In this document: piece after piece, positions 26,584-35,973 of the stretch
Position numbering within the stretch: the stretch's first letter is position 1
Layout: each line of letters starts with the position of its first letter
From: an uncultured Halobacteriales archaeon
GTDB taxonomy: Archaea; Halobacteriota; Halobacteria; Halobacteriales; SKSH01
Direction: 5' to 3'
DNA length: 64,000 bases
Assembly (NCBI GenBank): GCA_964579125.1
Contig: CAZOFG010000002.1
Location: 4,891 to 68,890 of the forward strand
Translations under genes and position numbers: made by a program
The notes under the pieces: model-generated
What the model saw: the letters and a program-made list of their open reading frames with translations, nothing else
What the model was told of the DNA's origin: nothing
Database searches by the model: none

Positions 26584-27339
26584 ATGGACGGCGACACCCA
26601 GGCAAGCTATCCTGGCCATGCGATCGTAGCAGCCATTCGCGCCGATATCATTCGGCTCCATGAGTCGTGGATGGGGCTCGTATTCCCACGCCAGCGCAAA
26701 GACCGCCACCCGGTCCTCGGGAAATGGCAACCTCGAACTCAGTCGGGTCGGATCGGGTATTATCTGTGGGCAATCCTTGGTGCACCACTCATCGTCATCG
26801 GCTACCCGTTGATCCTCCTCGGATTGATCGTTCGATTCCATACCCGCTCCGTCGATCGAACGGCAGCTCGGCTCGGACTGCTCGGTGTGATCCTCGTCGT
26901 CGCAACGGTGTGGGGGATTCTAACCGTCGTCGCTCGCTTTCAGTACGATTCGAGTGGGTTTTTCGCCGTCCTCGCAGCCGCGGTTGTTGCAACGATCAGT
27001 GCGGCCATCGCCGTCGTTACCAAACGGTATGGCGGTCGTGGATTGACGGTAGCTGTGGCGTATCCGTCGGCAATGACGGCGATTTTCCTCCCACCGGTGG
27101 TTGCCGCGTTATTCTCGGATTACGTCAGCTCTATCGTCTTCCCTCGGAGTGAAGACTTAGCGATCTGGCTGCTCGATAATCTCCTTGTGATCGGGGGCCT
27201 CGACGAGATTCTCCGGACGAATTTCGACCTCGCCGGCCTCGGGTACGTGGCGATGTGGTTGGGGATCGCGGTCCCGCTGGGCTGGTTCCTTGGGATTTTG
27301 GTCTCGTTAACGCACGTCATCAGACCGTCGTCGAACTGA
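26584..27339 (+). CDS. polytopic membrane protein, hypothetical
   Basis: 251 aa from ATG 26584 with about 6 hydrophobic helices. The upstream part of the track ORF overlaps the divergent gene. Confidence 0.6.
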   Translation: MDGDTQASYPGHAIVAAIRADIIRLHESWMGLVFPRQRKDRHPVLGKWQPRTQSGRIGYYLWAILGAPLIVIGYPLILLGLIVRFHTRSVDRTAARLGLLGVILVVATVWGILTVVARFQYDSSGFFAVLAAAVVATISAAIAVVTKRYGGRGLTVAVAYPSAMTAIFLPPVVAALFSDYVSSIVFPRSEDLAIWLLDNLLVIGGLDEILRTNFDLAGLGYVAMWLGIAVPLGWFLGILVSLTHVIRPSSN

Positions 27340-27420
27340 TCATCGGTCTGTTCGTTCTGAACTCACCGATCCCCCTGTATCGGTTCCCGTATTCGAACGT
27401 TTCATCGATTGGTCCGATGT

Positions 27421-27655
27421 TCAATTGAAGGCAGCTACGTTTGTAAACAGAAACGCCGATAACTTCATTTTCATACACTTATTATACTACATTGATGACA
27501 GTAACAAATTCGAAAATATCGAATCGTAACGTAGACAATAGCGGATGAATATTCGATAGAAAGCCTTTGGCTATTATCAAGTATCAAAATATATCTTATT
27601 CCTTTAAGTAAACAATAAATATTCTTGACGCCTATACTCTACTGGGTGCACTGGT
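27421..27655. other. AT-rich non-coding island (about 33% G+C)
   Basis: I count 78 G+C in 235 nt. Contains ATTCGA-aaata-TCGAAT (27508-27524), GAATATTC (27547-27554), TTCGAA (27393-27398) and several TATA-like tracts. No credible ORF. Confidence 0.8.
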
Positions 27656-28069
27656 ATGGCAACAGAAGAAGCTTCACCAGTGTCGACTGGTTACGAATCG
27701 CTCGCACAATGGACTGGATGGATCGCTGCGGTGTCAACGCTGTGGGTGGCAATTTCTCCGTTCATCCTGTCGGGTGAGGTCGCAAGCGGCACGCCGATGT
27801 GGAGTACGATCGGAGGCGGTCTCGTCCTTCTCGTCCTCGGCGCCTTCACCGCCTACTCCATTCGGTCGTCCGCGACGGTATCCGACTTTAGTTACGGCGA
27901 ATGGAGCAGCTGGTTAGGGGCGCTGGCCGGGCTCTGGTTCGTGGTCGTCCCGTTCGTCTTCGATAGTGCGATCGACAGCGGGACGGTGATGTGGAACCAC
28001 CTCATCGTCGGCCTCGTCGCCTTCCTGTTGACGGCCTACGCCGGGTACTTCGTGTACACCCACGAATAA
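27656..28069 (+). CDS. 4-TM membrane protein, SPW-repeat-like
   Basis: 137 aa. Two similar halves, each with two TM helices (WVAISPFIL / WFVVVPFVF). Confidence 0.6.
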   Translation: MATEEASPVSTGYESLAQWTGWIAAVSTLWVAISPFILSGEVASGTPMWSTIGGGLVLLVLGAFTAYSIRSSATVSDFSYGEWSSWLGALAGLWFVVVPFVFDSAIDSGTVMWNHLIVGLVAFLLTAYAGYFVYTHE

Positions 28070-28132
28070 TCCACTCCGCTGAGCTCGCGGTGTGGATATT
28101 CAATACACTGCCGACGGTCGTGAACGAACGCC

Positions 28133-28732
28133 TCAGTTGCTAATAAACTGGTTGTCGCGCCAATCGACCGACGCGTTCGACTGTTCGGCTTCGGAGGGAT
28201 CCTCGACAACCTCGATCGAACTCGGTTGGACCTCCCCATCCACGATACGCGTCGCGTGCAATTCGCCGTCGTGAGCGGTGATGGCAGTTAGCGTTCCTCG
28301 TTCCGCTTGCTTCGCAATACTCAACAACACCTCAAACATCTGGAACTGGAGGGTCGAGTTCTGCAACACGGTCTCTCGATCTCCTTTGAACGCCGCATAC
28401 TCGATGAGTTCCGATTCCTGTTCTTCTTCCTCCTCTTCCGGACCGCTCCACGTGGGCGTCGGATCGGGTTCGCGATTATACTCGCCGTCGTCACCGATGT
28501 ACACCCGGTTCTCGGTGACGGTAGCTTTGATCTGCGCTGGAGGTGTGTACTTGCTGATGGAATCGTCTTCCGGGACCGCCTTGAGAATCAGGGTGTTGTT
28601 TCGTCGCGTGAGATCGAGGTCCTTGATCCCCTCCGGCAACTCGATGTCCTCGAGGAACTCATGGACATCCTCGAGCGGAAGTTCGAGGGTCGAATGCAAC
28701 CGAAAAACGCAACGGATCTCTGAGCTTCCCAT
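28133..28732 (-). CDS. conserved hypothetical acidic protein
   Basis: 199 aa with a poly-Glu insert (PEEEEEEQESE). About 53% G+C. No family recognised. Confidence 0.55.
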   Translation of the reverse strand: MGSSEIRCVFRLHSTLELPLEDVHEFLEDIELPEGIKDLDLTRRNNTLILKAVPEDDSISKYTPPAQIKATVTENRVYIGDDGEYNREPDPTPTWSGPEEEEEEQESELIEYAAFKGDRETVLQNSTLQFQMFEVLLSIAKQAERGTLTAITAHDGELHATRIVDGEVQPSSIEVVEDPSEAEQSNASVDWRDNQFISN

Positions 28733-28818
28733 GGTTTGGCGGTTATACCCTCAACGAGGGGCTACCTCACCGTAGGGGATCCGCTGTTAAATGACCTACT
28801 ATTTTCAGCCCCGTCGGC

Positions 28819-28824
28819 AAAAAA
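28819..28824 (-). terminator. oligo-T terminator after the ferredoxin gene
   Basis: A6 on the plus strand, which is T6 on the minus strand. It begins 9 nt downstream of the stop at 28833-28835. Confidence 0.4.
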
Positions 28825-28832
28825 TCACTCGG

Positions 28833-29156
28833 TCAGTCGTCAGCCACGGCGTCCTCGGTGTCAGTCGGCGCGTCGATGCTTGGCGGATATTCGCCATGCC
28901 GGAGCTTGAGATCGGACTGGGGCCGCGCCATACACGTCAATGCGTATTCAGCAGCCTGTTCGTCGGTAAGCGCCCTCGCGGCAGGTTGGGTGACATCCCC
29001 TTCAAGAATTTTCGAACAGCACGCGAGACACATCCCCACTCGACAGGAGTACTCGTTGATCACGCCTTCCTCGAGCGCGCGACTGAGGATGGTCTCCGTC
29101 TCGTCGACCTCGAGCGTTTCTCCTCGCTCGACGAACTCGACGGTGTGAGTCGGCAT
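28833..29156 (-). CDS. plant-type [2Fe-2S] ferredoxin
   Basis: CRVGMCLACC (C-x4-C-x2-C) plus the distal Cys in LTCMARP. 107 aa from ATG 29154-29156. Confidence 0.85.
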   Translation of the reverse strand: MPTHTVEFVERGETLEVDETETILSRALEEGVINEYSCRVGMCLACCSKILEGDVTQPAARALTDEQAAEYALTCMARPQSDLKLRHGEYPPSIDAPTDTEDAVADD

Positions 29157-29242
29157 GGACACCTGTAGAACGAATGCCGGCAAAACTCTTGCTTCCGAAC
29201 AGACCGGAAAACGTTATTCCGGTGGGGCGACGAAGCGGGTGC

Positions 29243-30610
29243 ATGGCAACACAGTCGTATGACGTGGTCGTTGCCGGCGCGGGTACCGCGGGGTCATTTG
29301 CCGCTGCCCGGGCGGCCAAAGCCGGCCTCGATGTCGCCTTGCTCGATCGCAAGAGCGAGGAGGAAGCCGGTCACATTGCCTGCGGTGACGCGTTGAAAGG
29401 GGCCGATGCCTTCCCTGAGGCCATCCCGAAGTCGAAACTCGAGCCAGCGATTACGAATACCGAGGTGGATCATGGCCGATTCGAAATACCACAGGAAGAC
29501 ACCGTCCTCGAAATCCCAGTCCCCGGCGAACTTGCCGTCATCGATCGGTGGGCATATGGCCAAGCGATCGTCGACGCCGCCGTGGAGGCCGGAGCCGACC
29601 CGTATTACAACACGCTCGTGCAGGATGTGGTCCAACCGAACGGACGGGTCACTGGGCTCAAAGCGACTGCCGACGGGACCCCCACGACTTTCGAGGCGGA
29701 TGTCGTCATCGATGCCGCCGGATCACTCTCGCTGCTGCAGGACAAGGCCGACTTCTCAGGCACGCATTTCGATACGAACGTTCGATTCAGTCAGTTCTGC
29801 TCGGCGTATCGGGAAATCGTCGAAGTTCCTGAGCCCGTGCCATGGCACGATGCCCTCGTCTTCAAGCCGACCGAGCGAGCCGCCGGCTATCTCTGGTATT
29901 TTCCGCGGACTGAACACGAGGTGAACGTGGGGCTTGGCTATCAGATGAACGAGGATCCGATGACCCTTGTTGATCCGTTGAAGGCCGACATCGAGAGCCG
30001 TTCCGAGTTCGATGGGGCGAGAGTCACGGACAAACTCGGTGCTGCGTTACCGACCCGACGGCCGTACGATTCCGCAGTCGCTCCGGGCTACCTGGCGATT
30101 GGGGACGCGGCTGGTCACGTCAATCCAACGACTGGAGGTGGTATCGCGGGTGCCGCGTATGCGGCGAATTACGCGGCTGAGACGGCCATCTCGGCCATTG
30201 AAGAAGGCGATGTGTCCGAGGCGAATCTGTGGCCGTATAACGAGCGCGTGATGGACCACTTTGGCGCTCGATACGCGGCGTTGGACGTCTACAATATCCT
30301 CTCGACGGCGGTTGATGTCGATGACTTGATGGGGCTCCTCGCGTCGCTGCCGGGCGAAAAACTCGCCGAAGCGCTGTATTCGGGAAGTACTGATATCGGC
30401 TGGCGAATGCGTCTCTCGATCGGACTCAAGACATTGGGCCATTGGGGCACGATCTATGGATTGTACAAAACCAAGCGAGTGGCTGACAAGCTCCTCGATC
30501 ATTACGATGACTATCCCGCGTCTCCGGAGTCCTTCCAGCGCTGGCAAAATCGCCGTGATGCGGTGATGGACGAGGTCTATGCGGTGACGGGTGCCGATCC
30601 AAAATACTGA
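29243..30610 (+). CDS. geranylgeranyl reductase family flavoprotein (digeranylgeranylglycerophospholipid reductase-like)
   Basis: YDVVVAGAGTAGSFAA dinucleotide fold, LAIGDAAGHVNPTTGGGI motif, 455 aa. TATA-like GTTATTCC 27 nt upstream of ATG 29243. Confidence 0.85.
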   Translation: MATQSYDVVVAGAGTAGSFAAARAAKAGLDVALLDRKSEEEAGHIACGDALKGADAFPEAIPKSKLEPAITNTEVDHGRFEIPQEDTVLEIPVPGELAVIDRWAYGQAIVDAAVEAGADPYYNTLVQDVVQPNGRVTGLKATADGTPTTFEADVVIDAAGSLSLLQDKADFSGTHFDTNVRFSQFCSAYREIVEVPEPVPWHDALVFKPTERAAGYLWYFPRTEHEVNVGLGYQMNEDPMTLVDPLKADIESRSEFDGARVTDKLGAALPTRRPYDSAVAPGYLAIGDAAGHVNPTTGGGIAGAAYAANYAAETAISAIEEGDVSEANLWPYNERVMDHFGARYAALDVYNILSTAVDVDDLMGLLASLPGEKLAEALYSGSTDIGWRMRLSIGLKTLGHWGTIYGLYKTKRVADKLLDHYDDYPASPESFQRWQNRRDAVMDEVYAVTGADPKY

Positions 30611-30611
30611 A

Positions 30612-30941
30612 TTACTTCTCGGTCGCTGGCTGGTCCACCTGTTCGATCGTTACCTCCACGGCCACGGAGGCCGGAAAGGATCGTCGGGCGAGTCGCTCGG
30701 CAACGGATTCGCGGCCAGTAATTGCGATTTCGCGGCGATATACGTCATACTGCCACCGCCTGAAGAACTCGTCGCCGCCGGCGGTTTTGTATAGTGGGAC
30801 GGGGATGGTGTCCGTCGGTTTCGGATGCGGCCCGGTGACCTCGGCCCCTTTACGATCGGCGACTTCCCGAAGCTCGTCGACGATTCGCGTCAACGCTCGG
30901 TGGTCACCGCTGGTCAGTGTAAACCGAGTCCGATACGGCAT
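30612..30941 (-). CDS. uS10 (ribosomal protein S10)-like paralogue
   Basis: 109 aa. RFTLTSGDHRALTRIVDELREVADRKGAEVTGPHPKPT...VYRREIAI...VEVTIE follows the S10 fold pattern. Not located in a ribosomal operon. Confidence 0.65.
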   Translation of the reverse strand: MPYRTRFTLTSGDHRALTRIVDELREVADRKGAEVTGPHPKPTDTIPVPLYKTAGGDEFFRRWQYDVYRREIAITGRESVAERLARRSFPASVAVEVTIEQVDQPATEK

Positions 30942-31059
30942 CGTCTTCTGTCGGTGATCTGGCAGGCTCGGCAAAAACGTCTGTCGTCTCCATTGTATGC
31001 ACCAATGTACCTTGGAGGCTCCGATACGCACTTATTTATCAATCGACTAACCTCCGGTA

Positions 31060-31488
31060 ATGGCAGTGGAGGCTACGAGCGCAGGCGCCATCGTGTACCG
31101 GAATAGCCAGGATCGGCGCCAATACCTCCTCCTCAAGAGTCGCCCAGGAGATTGGGAATTTCCGAAGGGCGGGGTCGAAGGTGAGGAGGAACTGCAACAA
31201 ACCGCAATCCGTGAGGTCAAGGAGGAAGCCGGCATCGAACGCTTTCGCCTGATCGATGGCTTCCGGAAGGACTACGACTACGTCTTTCAAGCGGACGGCA
31301 ACACGATCCATAAGACCGTCCATCTGTTCATTGCGAAGGCGTTCGAACCGGATGTCGAGATCTCCCGCGAGCACCACGATCTCCAGTGGCGGGATTACAA
31401 GGAGGCCCGCAATACGATCACACAGGACGGACCACGCGAGGTCTTCGAGGACGCTCACGAGTATCTCAACGCCGAAATCGAGGCCTGA
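31060..31488 (+). CDS. NUDIX hydrolase
   Basis: Nudix box GGVEGEEELQQTAIREVKEEAGI. 142 aa. TATA-like CTTATTTATC about 25 nt upstream. Confidence 0.85.
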   Translation: MAVEATSAGAIVYRNSQDRRQYLLLKSRPGDWEFPKGGVEGEEELQQTAIREVKEEAGIERFRLIDGFRKDYDYVFQADGNTIHKTVHLFIAKAFEPDVEISREHHDLQWRDYKEARNTITQDGPREVFEDAHEYLNAEIEA

Positions 31489-31617
31489 GCTCGTACCACA
31501 GACGACGGATAGTACGCCCGTGGGATGTCACCGTCCCCGGACCACCTGGTTCGTCAGTTGCTACATGTGAGAAACCGGGCCCTTTATCGGCACGATGTCC
31601 CGTACGACCGGGTACCA

Positions 31618-31932
31618 ATGGAGTTTTGCGAGGAGTGCGGTTCGATGATGAAACGTGAGGACGATGTTTGGGTGTGCACCAACTGCGGGCACACCCAGGG
31701 TGGTGAGGACGAGGCCGCCTATGTGATCACGGAAGAGCGGGAGGAATCGGAGATCATTGAGGTCGACGACGCCGATGACGCAGGCTTACCGAAAACCGAT
31801 GCACGGTGTCGGGAGTGTGGCAACGACGAGGCCTACTGGTATCTCCAACAGATCAGGGCGGCTGACGAGAGTGAGACGCGATTTTTCATCTGTACAGAGT
31901 GTGGTCACCGTTGGCGAGAGGACGACAACTGA
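31618..31932 (+). CDS. tfs: transcription factor S (TFIIS/RpoM-like)
   Basis: 104 aa. N-terminal CEECG...CTNCG ribbon and C-terminal CRECG...QIRAADESETRFFICTECGHRW with the acidic hairpin. TATA-like CTTTATC about 33 nt upstream. Confidence 0.85.
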   Translation: MEFCEECGSMMKREDDVWVCTNCGHTQGGEDEAAYVITEEREESEIIEVDDADDAGLPKTDARCRECGNDEAYWYLQQIRAADESETRFFICTECGHRWREDDN

Positions 31933-31936
31933 CTGC

Positions 31937-33754
31937 TCAGACCCACTCTTCGAGGTAGTCCTCAATGATACGGAAAGCCCGGACCTTCTGATCGACGTCT
32001 GTCGTTCCGTGACCCTCCTCTGAGAGTTCATGATAGACGAAGTCCTCACCGGCGGTCCAACCTCGTCGTGATTCGAGGGCATCTCGGAACGTCCGGGCCT
32101 GTTCGATCGGACAGCGCGGATCGTTGACTCCGTGAACCATGAGAATCGGATCCTCGATGTTTTCCACGTGGGTGATCGGGCTGCGCTCGCGATAGAATTC
32201 CTGGTTTTCCCCGGGATCGCCGAGGTATTCCTCCAAGGTGGCCTTGAAATGGGGCATCGAATTCTCGTACAGTTGAAGGAGATCGGTAATTCCGACCCAG
32301 GCGATGCCCGTCGACCAGAGGCCTGGGTATTTTACGAGTTGCCAGTATGTGGAGTACCCCCCATAGGATCCCCCATAAACGATCAGCCGGTCTTCGTCGA
32401 CCCAGTCTTGCGCGGCGAGCCAGCGGCCTGCCGCGGCGATGTCTTCGGCCTCGCCGCCACCCCAATCGTGGTGGATCATGTGCTTGAATTCTCGACCGCG
32501 GCCGATCGAGCCCCGATAGTTCGGCTGAAAGACGCTAAATCCACGGTCGATGAAGAACTGTGCGTACTGATCGAACCGTTGGACCGATTGGCTTGGAGGC
32601 CCGCCGTGGACGCTGACGACAACCGGTGCGGGTCGGTCTCCGGAATCGTAGAGAATGCCGCCGATTTCGAGGCCGTCGGTGGATTCGTAGGTAACGTATT
32701 CGCCGGCGATGAAGCGCTCCTTGTCGATGTCACCGTACTCTGGCTCGATGAGTACCTCCGCCGCGTCGCTTGCCAGGTCGTACGCATACAGCGTCTCTCG
32801 TTCCGTTGTAGTGGTATTGGCCAAGAGCATCCGATCGTTGTCGAGGAAGGCTTGGGTATGGCCCATGTGTGGAAAGGAGGCGACACCGATGGGCACATCG
32901 AGTTGACTCATCGTCCCATCCAATTCGAAGTACACCGGACGGTGGGCAGCTTCCTCGATTCGCGAGACGATGAAGCCATCGCCGTCCGGGGTGAACGCGA
33001 CCGGTTCTTCGACGAGTTCATCGTCGCCATACCACGTGACGTCGTCGGTTTCGAGATGATAGATACCGGCCCGTGGCTTGTCGGGGGAGTTATCCGAAAT
33101 TAACAGTCGATCTCCATCGGGATGCCAATCGGCGACGCGCGCTTCCGCCCCCTCCTCACCGATTTCGAGGTTCCGTTGCTGAGCCCCGTCCGCGACATCG
33201 GCCACGTAGACGTCTTGATTCTCGAGGTCGTCGCTCTCGTTTGCATTGAACGCCACGTGCGTTCCATCTGGACTGACGATGCCACCCCGTACCGGCTGGT
33301 CGAAGGTCGTGAGTTGGACCTGTTTGTCCGCGTCCCGATCGTAACGGTAGAGGTTCATCTGTCTCCCGGCGTCGGACGCGTAGACGATCGACCGACCATC
33401 GTCGACCGATCCAAGCAGGAGGCCTTGTCCATCGATGTTGACGACTCTCCGGGCGTCACCGTCGAGGGTCAGTTCCCAGATATCGTTTTGTTCGTTGCCA
33501 TCCTCATCTCGGTGATACAGGACTGCTTCGCCGTCATCACGCCATTGAATAAACCATCGAGCGCTTCGGGGTACGTTCCCGTCACTGAGTTGACGGGGGC
33601 CTGATCCATCGCGCTGGTCGACGTACAGTTCGTTTCTGCCGGTTCCATCGTAATAATACGCATACGTATTGCCGGTCGGACTCGCGACCGGATGATGGAA
33701 TGATGGCAATCGTGCTAACTCCTCCAAGGGGAACCGATCCTCAGACATGAACAT
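31937..33754 (-). CDS. S9 family serine peptidase (prolyl oligopeptidase / acylaminoacyl peptidase-like)
   Basis: N-terminal beta-propeller-like region and C-terminal alpha/beta hydrolase with GGSYGGY. 605 aa. Confidence 0.85.
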   Translation of the reverse strand: MFMSEDRFPLEELARLPSFHHPVASPTGNTYAYYYDGTGRNELYVDQRDGSGPRQLSDGNVPRSARWFIQWRDDGEAVLYHRDEDGNEQNDIWELTLDGDARRVVNIDGQGLLLGSVDDGRSIVYASDAGRQMNLYRYDRDADKQVQLTTFDQPVRGGIVSPDGTHVAFNANESDDLENQDVYVADVADGAQQRNLEIGEEGAEARVADWHPDGDRLLISDNSPDKPRAGIYHLETDDVTWYGDDELVEEPVAFTPDGDGFIVSRIEEAAHRPVYFELDGTMSQLDVPIGVASFPHMGHTQAFLDNDRMLLANTTTTERETLYAYDLASDAAEVLIEPEYGDIDKERFIAGEYVTYESTDGLEIGGILYDSGDRPAPVVVSVHGGPPSQSVQRFDQYAQFFIDRGFSVFQPNYRGSIGRGREFKHMIHHDWGGGEAEDIAAAGRWLAAQDWVDEDRLIVYGGSYGGYSTYWQLVKYPGLWSTGIAWVGITDLLQLYENSMPHFKATLEEYLGDPGENQEFYRERSPITHVENIEDPILMVHGVNDPRCPIEQARTFRDALESRRGWTAGEDFVYHELSEEGHGTTDVDQKVRAFRIIEDYLEEWV

Positions 33755-33798
33755 CGCTACGACGAGCCCCCGAATAAATCGCTTCGTTCGCGCTCGAC

Positions 33799-34530
33799 TT
33801 AAGCTGGCGCCGGCAGATATCGTCCGATCGTGAGAAATCCAGTGTGACCGACGGGCCCTGTCGACGGACGGGAGCCCCGGTCGTCGAAGTCCATCCGGCG
33901 TTGAATCGTTTCGACGGTCTCGATGCCTGCAATTCCAGCCTCGGTTGCGGCGTCTTCGTTTGCCCGGGCGGTCTCGACGAACGGTGCATAGGCCACAACG
34001 ACGCCGCCGGGAACCAACACGTCGGGGGCCCGCTCGAGCATCGTGGGTGCATCCTCGGTATCCAGGGTCATCGCATCGAAACGTTCCTCGATGTCGACTT
34101 CAGTCGCGTCCGCCTCTCGGATCGAGACGCTATCGCTGACATGCGCCGCAGCGACATTTTCCATCGCGGTTTCGGCCGTCTGCGCGTCGCGTTCGAACGT
34201 CGTCACGGTCATCCCGAGCCGGGCGAGCGTGATCGCCAGCACCCCGGTACCGGTTCCGACATCGCAGACCGAATCACCCGCTTGCAGCCCACCCATCCCG
34301 ACGGCGATTCCGATGTCGCGCGGGAGCATCGGCGCACCGGTCCGATCGAGATGCTCGAACAGATCAGTGGGGCGGGGGGCAAGAACCGTAAACGGCGTCC
34401 CCAAATGCGTTTCGACCGTTTCGCCAACGGACACATCCGCATCGACCTCGAGCACACCCATATCGGTCTCCAATCGCTCACCAGCTCGAACGAAATAGGT
34501 CCGATCCGGCCGCCACAGCAGATATGTCAC
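33799..34530 (-). CDS. trmI: tRNA (adenine-N1)-methyltransferase TrmI/Gcd14-like
   Basis: [17 protein letters not shown] motif and terminal [17 protein letters not shown]. The GTG start overlaps the nac stop (GTGA). Confidence 0.8.
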   Translation of the reverse strand: MTYLLWRPDRTYFVRAGERLETDMGVLEVDADVSVGETVETHLGTPFTVLAPRPTDLFEHLDRTGAPMLPRDIGIAVGMGGLQAGDSVCDVGTGTGVLAITLARLGMTVTTFERDAQTAETAMENVAAAHVSDSVSIREADATEVDIEERFDAMTLDTEDAPTMLERAPDVLVPGGVVVAYAPFVETARANEDAATEAGIAGIETVETIQRRMDFDDRGSRPSTGPVGHTGFLTIGRYLPAPA

Positions 34531-34895
34531 TGCAGGTTGGCGATGGCCTCCGCCAAATCCCCGTCCGTGGCGGAAAGGGCCTCTCGCGCGGTATCCTCGT
34601 CGACACCGGCTCGTTCGGCCACGATGGCGACGTCGTCCGGATCGGGGCCACCGGCTTCCTCGTCGCCGCGGGCGCGTGTCGTCGGTTCACCGACCACCTG
34701 GTAGGTCGCTTGGCCCTGCGCTTCGATGCGGCTCACCTGAGGCGTCTCGAAATAGAGCTCTTCCTCGGGCGTTCGAATGATGACTTCCTCGGCGTCGATG
34801 TCGCCCATATCCATGCCGAGTTGATCCATGTCGATACCCATCTGGCTCATCATCTGCTTCATCTTCTGGGGGTTCATGTCGCCGCCTCCGAACAT
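34527..34895 (-). CDS. nac: nascent polypeptide-associated complex protein (NAC) with UBA tail
   Basis: [21 protein letters not shown] start, NAC beta-barrel region, C-terminal UBA-like [23 protein letters not shown] 34893-34895. Confidence 0.85.
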   Translation of the reverse strand: MFGGGDMNPQKMKQMMSQMGIDMDQLGMDMGDIDAEEVIIRTPEEELYFETPQVSRIEAQGQATYQVVGEPTTRARGDEEAGGPDPDDVAIVAERAGVDEDTAREALSATDGDLAEAIANLQ

Positions 34896-34918
34896 AGGCG
34901 GGCTCACGGCTGCGCCGC

Positions 34919-34927
34919 GGTTATAGC
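34919..34927 (-). promoter_or_regulatory. TATA box of nac
   Basis: GCTATAACC on the minus strand, centred 28 nt upstream of ATG 34895. Confidence 0.35.
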
Positions 34928-34936
34928 TGACGAACG

Positions 34937-35413
34937 TTATTCTTCAATCCCCTGCCTGACCGCGACGGCCATCCCGCGATCGAACGTCTCCATCTCCTCG
35001 GCGGATAGTTCTGCCCGCCCGACACCGAGCAATCGATCATCGGTATCGGTCAACACGACCTCGTCTCGGGGGCGAATCCGGGGATCGACCCGGACGATGA
35101 ATTTGGCGAATGCGTTCGAGCCCTCCGACACATAAGGAACCGCCTCTTCCGTCACGCTCACGCGGTTTCGCGGTGCCGGGCTCGCCCCATGGATGGCGTG
35201 TCCACCGGCGATTCCGAGGGTAAATCGGCCACTTGTCGTGAGCGTGCCAATACGCTCACCGTTGGCATAGAGTCGGTCGATCCGGCCCGAGCTCCGTCGA
35301 TCGATCGTCGTGACGAATCCCTTATCGAGTAACGCTGTCCCGTTCGGCCCGAACTGATACGTCGCGATCGACCGGAGGCGGGACCGCTCGGCCGATGAAA
35401 GGTCTGTGGTCAT
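34937..35413 (-). CDS. PUA domain-containing protein
   Basis: 158 aa. C-terminal [25 protein letters not shown] is a PUA-like pattern. Confidence 0.65.
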   Translation of the reverse strand: MTTDLSSAERSRLRSIATYQFGPNGTALLDKGFVTTIDRRSSGRIDRLYANGERIGTLTTSGRFTLGIAGGHAIHGASPAPRNRVSVTEEAVPYVSEGSNAFAKFIVRVDPRIRPRDEVVLTDTDDRLLGVGRAELSAEEMETFDRGMAVAVRQGIEE

Positions 35414-35423
35414 CGATTAATGG

Positions 35424-35921
35424 TTACAAAAGGAACGTCTCCGCCCGATCGTCGAGGTCGATAAAGACGTCAGCGGCTTCTCGCAATGCGTCGGCGGTGG
35501 AGGACTGAAAGCCCATTACCTCGACCCGACAGCCCGTGTGCCGTAAATGGGAACAAAGTCGCGTGAAATCGCCGTCGCCGGTACAGAGGACGACGACGTC
35601 AACATGTGGCGCCAACGTCACTGCATCGAGACTCAGACCAACGTCCCAGTCAGCTTTTTTCGAGCCATCGGCGAAGGTTCTGATTTCTTTGATTTTCGCC
35701 TCGAACCCGATGTCTTCGAGCGCCTCGAAGAAGCTCTCCTCCTCGGGGGCGTCGGCCCGGATCGCATAGGCGATAGCGCGCGTTAGCTCCCGATCCTGAA
35801 CGGCCTTCGAAAGGAGCGTGCCATAATCGATATTACGAGAATGAAGCTGTTGGGCGCTATGATAGAGGTTTTGCGTATCAGCGAGCACCGCCACCCGTTG
35901 GGCGGGGTGAATGGTCGTCAT
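35424..35921 (-). CDS. NYN domain (LabA/DUF88-like) protein
   Basis: 165 aa from ATG 35919-35921. VAVLADTQNLYHSA and VVLCTGDGDFTRL patterns. The track ORF is over-extended to 36086. Confidence 0.75.
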   Translation of the reverse strand: MTTIHPAQRVAVLADTQNLYHSAQQLHSRNIDYGTLLSKAVQDRELTRAIAYAIRADAPEEESFFEALEDIGFEAKIKEIRTFADGSKKADWDVGLSLDAVTLAPHVDVVVLCTGDGDFTRLCSHLRHTGCRVEVMGFQSSTADALREAADVFIDLDDRAETFLL

Positions 35922-35973
35922 GACGACCGTTCCGAGCCCGCCCAGTAAAGTGGCTTCGACGCTGTCCGCCGCG

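Noticed and set aside
27340-27655. The AT-rich island considered as a replication origin.
   Set aside because: There is no adjacent orc1/cdc6 gene. I could not find ORB-like repeats with G-strings. The short palindromes are only 6-8 bp. A regulatory region or ncRNA is the more conservative reading.
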